Source: a virus (Duplodnaviria; Heunggongvirae; Uroviricota; Caudoviricetes). From it: a stretch of DNA of 64,000 nt. The stretch is taken from IMG/VR virus record IMGVR_UViG_3300031555_004162, positions 14,478-78,477 of that record. One strand, 5' to 3'. Below the pieces are notes generated by a model, which was not told where the DNA came from, ran no database searches, and worked only from the letters and a program-made list of their open reading frames with translations. The translations under genes were made by a program, and so were the position numbers. Positions 39,007-47,562 of this stretch are shown piece after piece; positions within the stretch are counted from its first letter, which is position 1, and each line of letters starts with the position of its first letter.

Positions 39007-39549
39007 TCATTTTTCATATGTTTTTTCATATTTTTTAATAATATCTTTTAACTTAAATCTACCAGAGCTATAATCATGTAATACATTAAATAAAAATGTA
39101 TAAGTATCTAAATGTATTTTTATTTTACCACTATTGTATAATCTATTAAAAGTTTTAAAAGGAATATCACAGGTCCAATTATCTTTATTATATGCTTTTC
39201 CAGCTCCTATCCAATCACATATCATTTCTTTAACATATTTAATTGGCATTTTTAATGCTTCTCCACCTGAAGAAAGATTATCAATCCAATATTCCCAATG
39301 ATGTGGATTTCTTCCTCTATGATGTAACCATGCGTATGAATATCCTTTTTCATCTTTTTCATTATCAATTGGACTTCTATCACCTGTATAATATTTAGCA
39401 GAATTAAAAAATTCAGAAAAACTAAATTTAGACCAATCATGCATAAATCCTCTAAAAGGAATTCCAGCTTCAACAGATGCTAAAAACACATAATATTTAT
39501 GTCTGTTTATTATAGCAAAATGTTTTAATAATTTTTTATAATATTTCAT
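39007..39549 (-). CDS. His/Trp-motif protein, paralog B (LHH...HHWEYW...MP...CDW)
   Basis: Shares the conserved block with 35468..35989. Confidence 0.5.
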   Translation of the reverse strand: MKYYKKLLKHFAIINRHKYYVFLASVEAGIPFRGFMHDWSKFSFSEFFNSAKYYTGDRSPIDNEKDEKGYSYAWLHHRGRNPHHWEYWIDNLSSGGEALKMPIKYVKEMICDWIGAGKAYNKDNWTCDIPFKTFNRLYNSGKIKIHLDTYTFLFNVLHDYSSGRFKLKDIIKKYEKTYEK

Positions 39550-40061
39550 TTAGTTCTCCCATTTAACTCATTCATCTTATTTTTAGCATTGTCTATATCA
39601 AAAAATATTCTTAATCCCATTGATCTTGATAATCTATATGCAGTTTTAATATATGAATTTTTTGTCTGCAACATAACTTTCCAACCTAAACTCGATCTAT
39701 AGTAAATTTTATCTATGTAAGCTTCTTCAATTGTGTATTTACCATTTTTAATTTTCTTAATAACGAATACTGTAAGTCTTTTATTTTGAATATCTATCAA
39801 ATGTGGAATCGTTAAATAAGCAATTGTATTGTCATAATTATTTATTCTATCAAGTTTTCTTAAATAATCTAAAGGACCCATACAATTATCCCATAGTAGA
39901 TCCGAGTAATAATGTTTCTTTTTTAATGATTTTTTAAAAGTATTAACTTCTAATTCATTCTTACATTTTTCTATGTACACTTCTGCAGATATTCCATTCA
40001 CCATGTCTAATGCATACATCTTTGCTTCTTTTTTAATTTTCTTTAAATTTGTTAAGTTCAT
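39546..40061 (-). CDS. hypothetical protein
   Basis: 171-aa ORF. Confidence 0.45.
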   Translation of the reverse strand: MNLTNLKKIKKEAKMYALDMVNGISAEVYIEKCKNELEVNTFKKSLKKKHYYSDLLWDNCMGPLDYLRKLDRINNYDNTIAYLTIPHLIDIQNKRLTVFVIKKIKNGKYTIEEAYIDKIYYRSSLGWKVMLQTKNSYIKTAYRLSRSMGLRIFFDIDNAKNKMNELNGRTK

Positions 40062-40162
40062 AATTTATTTCTCCTTTATATTAAATTTTTATAAATAAAC
40101 TTCCTATTATTTATAATAGTACACGTATTAAAATATTATTTTTATTAAAAAAACTCCAAATT

Positions 40163-40423
40163 TTATTTGGAGTTTTTTAGTATTAAATATTTGTGTTTAG
40201 TTGCCATGCCACCACGAATATGTTTATCTTTAAAATTTGATGCAACTAATTTTCTAACTTTTTGATATAATCTTTTATCAATGTATGGTAATTTATAAAG
40301 AAAATCGTATGACAATGTAGATTTACCAATTCCAAACACTTTAGCAGTTTTTCGTATTGTAGATTTATTATCTACGTAATAAATTGCACAAGCTTTTATT
40401 CTATTCTCAAGTTGTTCGTTCAT
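40163..40423 (-). CDS. SpoIIID-like HTH transcriptional regulator
   Basis: Start trimmed to MNEQLEN (GGAG RBS). RIKACAIYYVDNKSTIRKTAKVFGIGKSTLSYDF...LP.I...L...V......KHIRGGMATKHKY parallels B. subtilis SpoIIID (ERTIKIGKYIVETKKTVRVIAKEFGVSKSTVHKDL...RHLRGGEATKLKY). Confidence 0.7.
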   Translation of the reverse strand: MNEQLENRIKACAIYYVDNKSTIRKTAKVFGIGKSTLSYDFLYKLPYIDKRLYQKVRKLVASNFKDKHIRGGMATKHKYLILKNSK

Positions 40424-40472
40424 ATAAATCAACTCCTTTAATTATATTTTATTAAAGGAATCAATAAATATA

Positions 40473-41513
40473 TTATTCTTCATCGTCTTCAAATTTTGGA
40501 TTTTCTAATAATAAATTATCCACTTTTAATTTTATACTATTAAACAATTCAATATCATTATTTAAAGCATCTAACACCTTAGCTTGTCCTTGCCATTTAT
40601 ATTCTTTTTCATTTACTTTTGCATCAAACCACGCTCCACCTTTATGAATCACTCCGAATTTAAGAGCTAAATCTAATAAATCTATATCTGTTCTTATTCC
40701 ATTTCTGTAAAATAAAGAGCATTTAGATATTCTTCTATCTGAAGGACATGTTTTTGATTTTACCAATTTTACTTCTATTAAATGACCTTGAGGATTTTCA
40801 GATGAACTTGAAATTTCATTGCCTTTTTCATCAAGAAATTTTCCTTTACGAGTCATATAACGTTGAGAACATGCAAACTTCCAAGCTCTACCTCCAGGAG
40901 TAGTGATAGGATTGTACATATTACCTATATTTTCTCTAACTTGATTTATTCCTATAAAACAAATATTATTCCTCTTTATAATAGGTGTGCACTGGTTTAC
41001 AAATTGTGTTAATGGTAATGCTATTCCACCATATGTTTTATCTTCAAATGATTTTTCAGAAGCTTGTTTAGAAAACATTGCTCCTATAGAATCTAAAATC
41101 ATTAATCCGAAAGCTTCAGTTTCCATAGCTGCTTTTACTTGATCGAATATTTCTTCAGCGTATTGTCCTATACAATTTAATATAATAACTTTACTAGAAT
41201 CAACGCCCATATGAGAAGCCCATTTTGCATCATAAGTGCCTTCAACATCTATATATAAAATATATTCGTCCGGCCACAATTTTTGAAAATTAGCCATAAT
41301 ATCTAAACACAAGGTTGATTTTCCAGATGATTCTTCACCATAAAATTCTATAATTCTTCCTCTTGGAACACCACCATAACTCATATAGTTTAATCTTAAA
41401 CTGGAAAACGGAATTAAATCTAATTCTTTTTCTTCCATACCTAATTGTACAATTTCAGAACCATATTGTTTATTTACTTTTTTCATCCAATCCATTAAAT
41501 TTGTATTAGTCAT
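40473..41513 (-). CDS. recA: RecA-family recombinase
   Basis: GVPRGRIIEFYGEESSGKSTLCLD (Walker A), Walker B ILDSIGAMF, overall RecA layout; 346 aa. Confidence 0.85.
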   Translation of the reverse strand: MTNTNLMDWMKKVNKQYGSEIVQLGMEEKELDLIPFSSLRLNYMSYGGVPRGRIIEFYGEESSGKSTLCLDIMANFQKLWPDEYILYIDVEGTYDAKWASHMGVDSSKVIILNCIGQYAEEIFDQVKAAMETEAFGLMILDSIGAMFSKQASEKSFEDKTYGGIALPLTQFVNQCTPIIKRNNICFIGINQVRENIGNMYNPITTPGGRAWKFACSQRYMTRKGKFLDEKGNEISSSSENPQGHLIEVKLVKSKTCPSDRRISKCSLFYRNGIRTDIDLLDLALKFGVIHKGGAWFDAKVNEKEYKWQGQAKVLDALNNDIELFNSIKLKVDNLLLENPKFEDDEE

Positions 41514-41588
41514 GTATTTGTAACTCCTTTATAAGATAATTTTAAATAAAATCTTTATAATATTTATAATCATTTATTTTAAAATTGT

Positions 41589-42212
41589 TTATTTAAACCT
41601 CTTATCTTTTTGTTTACGCGATTTTAATATATATTTTTTATAATCATTATAATCTTTAAATTTGATATATTCACCAGAATAAACATCAAAACATGAATTA
41701 TCTGCACATAATTCATATGAATTTGTTGAACACACAATGAACACATCTTTATCCTTATTATGTTCATCTTCCATAATTGTTTTAAATAAATATTCTTTTA
41801 TTTCAATAGCATTATCTATGCTTAAACCTGAATCTATAGCATCAAATAAAATCCATAATTCTTTACTATTTTTATGTTGCTGTACAAACCTTGCAATTTT
41901 GCCTGCTATAATACCAAGATTAATATATATTTGTTCACCTTCAGATGATTGCATCAGTGTAGCTGCAGTAGTTATATCATCCTCATAAACTCTTTCAGAT
42001 ATTGATGTTGCTCCACCTTCATATTCATTACTATAATATATTACTGGGATTTTAGATGATTGCAAAGACTCTTTAATTGATTGTAATAAAGTAGTTTTTC
42101 CAGATCCATTGCATCCTATTAAAATAGTAACACCTGGATTTATTTCGATTTCTGATTTTTTATAAATGATATCATCGTATGGTTTTCTTGTAATTTTAAA
42201 AAATCTACTCAT
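41589..42212 (-). CDS. P-loop ATPase (ABC/AAA_21-like)
   Basis: Walker A GCNGSGKTTLLQSI; Walker B-like ILFDAIDSGL. Confidence 0.55.
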   Translation of the reverse strand: MSRFFKITRKPYDDIIYKKSEIEINPGVTILIGCNGSGKTTLLQSIKESLQSSKIPVIYYSNEYEGGATSISERVYEDDITTAATLMQSSEGEQIYINLGIIAGKIARFVQQHKNSKELWILFDAIDSGLSIDNAIEIKEYLFKTIMEDEHNKDKDVFIVCSTNSYELCADNSCFDVYSGEYIKFKDYNDYKKYILKSRKQKDKRFK

Positions 42213-42224
42213 TTTATGGACTCC

Positions 42225-42551
42225 TTATTCAATTCTTATAGCTCTATCATCCCAATATTCATTAGCAAAAATTTTAGGACTATTCATTGGAACTTCTGGA
42301 TTTTCATTATAATATTTAGGAATAATAGTTATAGGCATATTCATTATGCACCATTCTTTAGCAGCATTTAATGTTTCACCACTTCTACAAGTCCATAAAA
42401 TAATTACTAATTCTTGTCCTCGTTTATTTACTTCAACATTTTTATCTAACAAATGTTTAATAGTATTTTCTTTTATATTTCCTATTGCAGGATAGTTATG
42501 TTCTACTAATGTTCCATCAAAATCAAGAGCTATATAATATTTATCATACAT
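42225..42551 (-). CDS. small HAD-like hydrolase
   Basis: N-terminal ALDFDGTL motif I; 108 aa. Confidence 0.45.
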   Translation of the reverse strand: MYDKYYIALDFDGTLVEHNYPAIGNIKENTIKHLLDKNVEVNKRGQELVIILWTCRSGETLNAAKEWCIMNMPITIIPKYYNENPEVPMNSPKIFANEYWDDRAIRIE

Positions 42552-43158
42552 TTTTTACAATCTCTCCTATCATTTCAATCCACCTATTATAGGTTTTTAA
42601 ATATTCTTCATTAGATATTTCAGTGTATAAATCTATTTCTCTTTTACGTTGTCCAGAGTTATCCATTAAATTACAAAACCAACCTATGCTTTCAGTATGA
42701 AGTGAAAAAATTTCTTCATACATGTTTTTACTCTTAAATGATTTTATAGGAAGATTAAAAACCAAAGTATTCATTTTATATGGATTATTTTCTTCAACAT
42801 TTAAAATCTTATAATATGCAATAGTTTCTTCATTTATAAGTCTTTTAAATGTTTTTCCAATATATTCTATATTATTAGCTATATCTTTTTTAGTTTGTTC
42901 ACAATAATATTTATTAATTTGTTCATTTAATTCATCTCTCTGTTTTTCTAAAATTTTAATATCTACTTCATCTTCATCTATCAAATTAATATCTTCTATA
43001 AGTTTTGTATTTCCATTTTCTAAAATAATTAGTTCCGATTTTGATACCCATTTAATCCAGCGATTACATTTTTGACAGTATAATCCAGTGTGAAAATCAC
43101 CATAACTTAAACGTCCAAGTGTGGGTCCACACTTTTTACATATAGTTTCAATATTCAT
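42544..43158 (-). CDS. hypothetical protein with N-terminal zinc ribbon
   Basis: CKKCG...CQKCNRW. Confidence 0.45.
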   Translation of the reverse strand: MNIETICKKCGPTLGRLSYGDFHTGLYCQKCNRWIKWVSKSELIILENGNTKLIEDINLIDEDEVDIKILEKQRDELNEQINKYYCEQTKKDIANNIEYIGKTFKRLINEETIAYYKILNVEENNPYKMNTLVFNLPIKSFKSKNMYEEIFSLHTESIGWFCNLMDNSGQRKREIDLYTEISNEEYLKTYNRWIEMIGEIVKNV

Positions 43159-43172
43159 AATTACTCATTCCT

Positions 43173-43493
43173 TTAATACTTTATTTCATCAGGTGTTAAT
43201 TTAACAGCTTTTTCTTTTAATTTTTTCACATATCGTATTCCTTTATCGTTTACTTTTATTTTAAGTAAACTATCATCTTCTGAAAGTTTCCGCATTTGTT
43301 CAGTAATTGGAATTCTATAAGCCATATATAAATTTTTATAAAATACACTTTCCGAACATTCATCTGCTTTATCACCAGTATAATTTTCAAAAGATTCTGC
43401 AGTGCAATCGAATGTTTCTACTTCATAATCACCTGAAGGAATACCGATTAATACTTTAGTATTTCTTTTAAATAAAATATCAATAATCTTCAT
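43173..43493 (-). CDS. hypothetical protein
   Basis: 106-aa ORF. Confidence 0.45.
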   Translation of the reverse strand: MKIIDILFKRNTKVLIGIPSGDYEVETFDCTAESFENYTGDKADECSESVFYKNLYMAYRIPITEQMRKLSEDDSLLKIKVNDKGIRYVKKLKEKAVKLTPDEIKY

Positions 43494-43509
43494 AATATAT
43501 ATTCCTCAT

Positions 43510-44511
43510 TTACTTATTGAATTTAATAGCATTTTCATTAAATAAAGTATTATCACATTCCACAAAATAGTCAAATAGTGGTAACGCTAACTCTCTCATT
43601 TGAGGATGAGCAGCTTTGTCACATCTTAATTCAAAGAAATGTCCCCATTCATAATTATGAGCAGTCATTATAATTTCAGTTTTTAAACTGTTACCAAGTA
43701 CACTTCTAGCTTCTTGAGGAGTAGCTCCTAATTCTAATAACTCAAAGTATGCTTTTTCTGAAGCTTTTATTGCATCTCTCCAAACATGATACTTGTTTCT
43801 TTCAACACTTTGAAGTTCTGCTTCACCATCAAACATTAATGGGTCAATCACCGTGATATTATTATCAAATTTATCTTTAGAATAATTACAATATCTTGTA
43901 GATTCTTGAGCATATGAAGAATCCCTATGTCTAACGATTTCATGTGATACACCTCTATCACAAATAAATTTAATAGATTTCCATCCGTGCATCCATTGTT
44001 CTTCTGGAATTAATGTATTAATATCATCGATTTTAGTCCAATTATTTCTATGTACTTTTTTAAATTTATTACCAAATAATTCATCACAATCATAATCTAA
44101 GACTATTTGCTCACATAATTCAATTAAATGTTCTTTCATATAACTATTAGTCTTATAAGCTTCTAATAAATCTAAAAGAGACCTTGCGCTAAACGACAAT
44201 ATATATCTTAATTTTGTTTCAAAATTACCTTCATCATTACATGAAATAATTTCTGTCGTACTAGATGTTATATATTTTTCATTACTTAATATTTTAAAAA
44301 ATAAATTATTAGGAGTATTACATTGATATACAAATATAAAATGTTCTAACATCGCCCAATGTTTTTTATCATATAAATTTTTAATCATTTTTTTATGACT
44401 TTCATCAGTTATTAAATCTTCTGATTTATAACAAATTCTTGCAATTTTTTCAATATGTTTTTGAGGATTGTCATCATACATTTCTTTAAATGACGGCTTT
44501 ATAATTTTCAT
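43510..44511 (-). CDS. thyX: flavin-dependent thymidylate synthase ThyX
   Basis: ThyX signature RHR-x7-S present as RHRDSSYAQES; longer than typical ThyX (333 aa). Confidence 0.75.
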   Translation of the reverse strand: MKIIKPSFKEMYDDNPQKHIEKIARICYKSEDLITDESHKKMIKNLYDKKHWAMLEHFIFVYQCNTPNNLFFKILSNEKYITSSTTEIISCNDEGNFETKLRYILSFSARSLLDLLEAYKTNSYMKEHLIELCEQIVLDYDCDELFGNKFKKVHRNNWTKIDDINTLIPEEQWMHGWKSIKFICDRGVSHEIVRHRDSSYAQESTRYCNYSKDKFDNNITVIDPLMFDGEAELQSVERNKYHVWRDAIKASEKAYFELLELGATPQEARSVLGNSLKTEIIMTAHNYEWGHFFELRCDKAAHPQMRELALPLFDYFVECDNTLFNENAIKFNK

Positions 44512-44525
44512 AATTTATCTCTCCT

Positions 44526-45230
44526 TTATATTAATTCTGTTATATTTCCATTATCTAAATTTACATGTATCTTACATTCATTTATTAACTCGTTATGAAC
44601 AACTTGTAATTGTGAAGTATTTAGTAAAATACTTTTATAAATACTTAATACATTATCTACAAAAATCACAATATCTACTTTATTCCAAACTTTCTTATGT
44701 GACATTAACATATAATTCATAAAAGTTGTTAAAGTTATACATAATAAATATGGAAAATTATCTGTTGTTGATTTTATAATTACATCATCCATATTATTTG
44801 TTCTAACCTCATTAGAATTTAATTGAGGTAAATCTTTACATTTATCTAATATAGATACTCCATAATCACGATTAAAATCATCCAGTAACATATTTAAGTC
44901 TCTGTTACTATTTCCAATAGTGATAATAAATCTTTTTAATTTTTCTGCAAACTCTATTATTTGATGTGTATTTAAATTAAATTTTTTATTAATAACTTTT
45001 ATACTACATAATAATGCTATTACTGAACATTTAGTTAAAATTTTATTATCTATACTTTTTCTTATTCTATATACTTCTAACATTTTCTTAGATGATTTTG
45101 TTAATTCATTATATCCAGAATCTCTAGCATACTTATTTATATCATCCCAAGTTTTATTTATTTTTTGTTTTTTAATTTCTTCTTTTATTTGCTTTCTTTT
45201 TTTCTTTAATTGCAATGCAGTTTTATCCAT
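44526..45230 (-). CDS. hypothetical protein
   Basis: 234-aa ORF, basic N-terminus. Confidence 0.45.
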   Translation of the reverse strand: MDKTALQLKKKRKQIKEEIKKQKINKTWDDINKYARDSGYNELTKSSKKMLEVYRIRKSIDNKILTKCSVIALLCSIKVINKKFNLNTHQIIEFAEKLKRFIITIGNSNRDLNMLLDDFNRDYGVSILDKCKDLPQLNSNEVRTNNMDDVIIKSTTDNFPYLLCITLTTFMNYMLMSHKKVWNKVDIVIFVDNVLSIYKSILLNTSQLQVVHNELINECKIHVNLDNGNITELI

Positions 45231-45293
45231 TTCTTTTTATCCTTTTTATTTCTTTTCTTATATAATATAATAGACTAAATTATAAAAAATTAT

Positions 45294-45662
45294 TTAATGA
45301 TAACCATATTCACTATCTATTTTTAAATCAGAAGATATACATTCATTATCATATAATTTATTTAAAGAGTTTATTTGTTCCTTAGTTATTTTTTTAGGAT
45401 TAATATATGTGTTATACCAAACTGAAATACATCCTGTCATATTGACGAGTTCTAACATTACATCACACCAAATATCTAAAATATCAAATAATACTTCTCT
45501 TTCATAACATGTAAGATTAATTAATTTTTCTTGATGACTTGGAATTGCATATGATATATCTCCATCAGGATGAATTAATACTTCACAATAGTTTATATAA
45601 TTTTCATTGTGATACTTTATAAATTCATCTATTTTCATTTTATCAGTTCTCATAATAATCAT
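45294..45662 (-). CDS. hypothetical protein
   Basis: 122-aa ORF. Confidence 0.45.
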   Translation of the reverse strand: MIIMRTDKMKIDEFIKYHNENYINYCEVLIHPDGDISYAIPSHQEKLINLTCYEREVLFDILDIWCDVMLELVNMTGCISVWYNTYINPKKITKEQINSLNKLYDNECISSDLKIDSEYGYH

Positions 45663-46327
45663 CCTTCTTTTATAGCGGTTGTTCCAAATCTCTTACCTTC
45701 TGTATAACCATTTAATTCTGCATGTACACTAGTTGATTTATTTTTTATTACTCTTTCTTTTTGTGCAAAATCTTTAGTAAAATTAGAAAAATTAGTTTGT
45801 ACTTCTTTATCAACCTGAACCATTAATGCATATTTTTCTTGTTTGTTTTGTTCTTCATATTTTGCTTGAATGCCTGCAACAAATCCATTAAACCAAGAAT
45901 ATTTAATTCCTTTAGCGGTCCCAAATATATCTCTATATTCTCTTGCATATTTTTCTGCTTTTTCTTCTGCAATTTCATATGCACAGTTTATAATTTCTGT
46001 AACACATTCAACATCTGTTTTAAAACCAAATAATGTAACTCTATGAATTTTGCCATGAGTTGTAATATATTTAAGTACTCCGAAATTTTTAGTAAATACA
46101 TCTATTAACATGTATATCCAAGGAATAGTTGCATTGTAATTATTTAATTCCATTTTGACGATTTCTTTATCATCTTCTTTTAAAATATCTTTTTCTTCAA
46201 GTTTATGTTTTAACATTAATTTTCTCGCAGTTGTTAAAGCACTTAATGCTTCAGCTTCAGTACAACCATTTTCAACAGTTTTATTCAATAAATGTTTTAT
46301 TTTGTTTAATATAGAATTATCACACAT
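45659..46327 (-). CDS. hypothetical protein
   Basis: 222-aa ORF. Confidence 0.45.
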   Translation of the reverse strand: MCDNSILNKIKHLLNKTVENGCTEAEALSALTTARKLMLKHKLEEKDILKEDDKEIVKMELNNYNATIPWIYMLIDVFTKNFGVLKYITTHGKIHRVTLFGFKTDVECVTEIINCAYEIAEEKAEKYAREYRDIFGTAKGIKYSWFNGFVAGIQAKYEEQNKQEKYALMVQVDKEVQTNFSNFTKDFAQKERVIKNKSTSVHAELNGYTEGKRFGTTAIKEG

Positions 46328-46366
46328 ACTTTTTTCTCCTTATAATTATTTTGCAGGCCAATTAAC

Positions 46367-46519
46367 TATCATATAATGAAGCCAATTCCAATCACTATAA
46401 TGAGGATCGATACTTCCACTTTTTACTGACATTTCCAAAAAACATAAGATAAATGATATCAAAAATATCATTGATACAATATAGAGCATGTTTTCTAAAA
46501 ATTTAAATAATTTCTTCAT
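46367..46519 (-). CDS. small membrane protein (50 aa)
   Basis: ATG with AAAGGAGAA upstream; hydrophobic core; first gene after promoter copy 3. Confidence 0.35.
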
Positions 46520-46568
46520 AGTTATTTCTCCTTTTAAATAATTTTAGCTTTTGTTTTATTATGTTTTA

Positions 46569-46597
46569 ATTATAACATATTTTCTTACATTTGTAAA
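46569..46597 (-). promoter_or_regulatory. sigma-A-like promoter module, copy 3
   Basis: On the minus strand, TTTACA at 46592-46597, a 17-nt spacer, and TGTTATAAT with the hexamer at 46569-46574; same conserved upstream element as copies 1 and 2. Confidence 0.5.
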
Positions 46598-46626
46598 CCC
46601 TTTTCTTATAATTGTAATAAAACTGT

Positions 46627-46660
46627 AAAAAAGGATTAGACGTTTAATCTAATCCTTTTA
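46627..46660 (-). terminator. rho-independent terminator
   Basis: ggattaga-cgtttaa-tctaatcc hairpin flanked by A and T runs, directly upstream (minus sense) of promoter copy 3. Confidence 0.5.
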
Positions 46661-46662
46661 AA

Positions 46663-47301
46663 TTATCTCGGTTCTAAATACAATGAACTCCAATAATCAC
46701 TATATTGTAATATCGTTAATAATTTATTCTGTTTAAAATTAACTTTTTCAACCTTATCATATGGTGAATTATGATATAATATTGCAACCCATTCGTCTTC
46801 ATCTAAATCTATAAATTTTTGTAAAATATATAATGATTCGGATTCATGTGGGTTATATTCTGCTTCATCAAACAAATACGGTGGAGTAGCTTTATAACCC
46901 GCAGCTTTTTGCTTTTCAGTTGGCTCATTTTCAATATAATCATCGTGTTTTCCTAAATCATGAAATAATGCATCTGTAATTACTTTATATATAGGAATAT
47001 CACAATTGAGTGATTTATTTAAATTTAAAGCTGTTTTTGTAACTAAATTCGAATGTAAAAGCAAACCATGTCTTATACATAGATGATACTTTGTAGATGC
47101 AGGTGCTTGTATGAAATGACTTTCATTAATAATAAATGTTATTAATTTTTCAAAATCGTTAAATCTTTTTTGTAATTTTTCTCTTAATGAAATATCTTCA
47201 CAACCATTTATGTAAAGTTGTAAATTTGTTTGAGCTTTATTACAAAAATTTTCAAACGTTTTTATTTCTCTTTCAATTTCTTCTTGATTTAATTCTCTCA
47301 T
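46663..47301 (-). CDS. HD-domain phosphohydrolase
   Basis: H...H (HLCIRHGLLLHS) and LFHDLGK HD motif. Confidence 0.55.
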   Translation of the reverse strand: MRELNQEEIEREIKTFENFCNKAQTNLQLYINGCEDISLREKLQKRFNDFEKLITFIINESHFIQAPASTKYHLCIRHGLLLHSNLVTKTALNLNKSLNCDIPIYKVITDALFHDLGKHDDYIENEPTEKQKAAGYKATPPYLFDEAEYNPHESESLYILQKFIDLDEDEWVAILYHNSPYDKVEKVNFKQNKLLTILQYSDYWSSLYLEPR

Positions 47302-47356
47302 AATTTATTTCTCCTTTTCTTTATTAACTATAATTGCAAACTTAAACATTTATTAT

Positions 47357-47554
47357 TTATAAATTATCAATTTTATTTAAATTAAATGTTTTACCTCTTG
47401 GTCCTTTTTTGTATACAATGCATTTATCATCTGCATCACAAGGTCTCATATGTCCTGTGAACAATATATATTCACATGTCCATGGAAACATAGATGATGC
47501 TCTATATATACAAGTATTGCATTTACATTTTTTATACTTATTCATATGCATCAA
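47357..47554 (-). CDS. Cys-rich small protein
   Basis: CKCNTC...CDADDKC. Confidence 0.4.
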   Translation of the reverse strand: MMHMNKYKKCKCNTCIYRASSMFPWTCEYILFTGHMRPCDADDKCIVYKKGPRGKTFNLNKIDNL

Positions 47555-47562
47555 ATTCCTTT

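Noticed and set aside
39252-39473. Nested minus-strand ORFs in alternative frames (39252..39473 inside 39007..39549; 57694..57882 inside the glycosyltransferase gene)
   Set aside because: They are embedded out of frame within longer ORFs that carry recognisable motifs, and they have no RBS.
40163-40432. Calling the gene after recA a sigma factor, by analogy with SPO1-like phages
   Set aside because: At 86 aa it is far too small for a sigma-70 family protein, and its sequence parallels SpoIIID instead.
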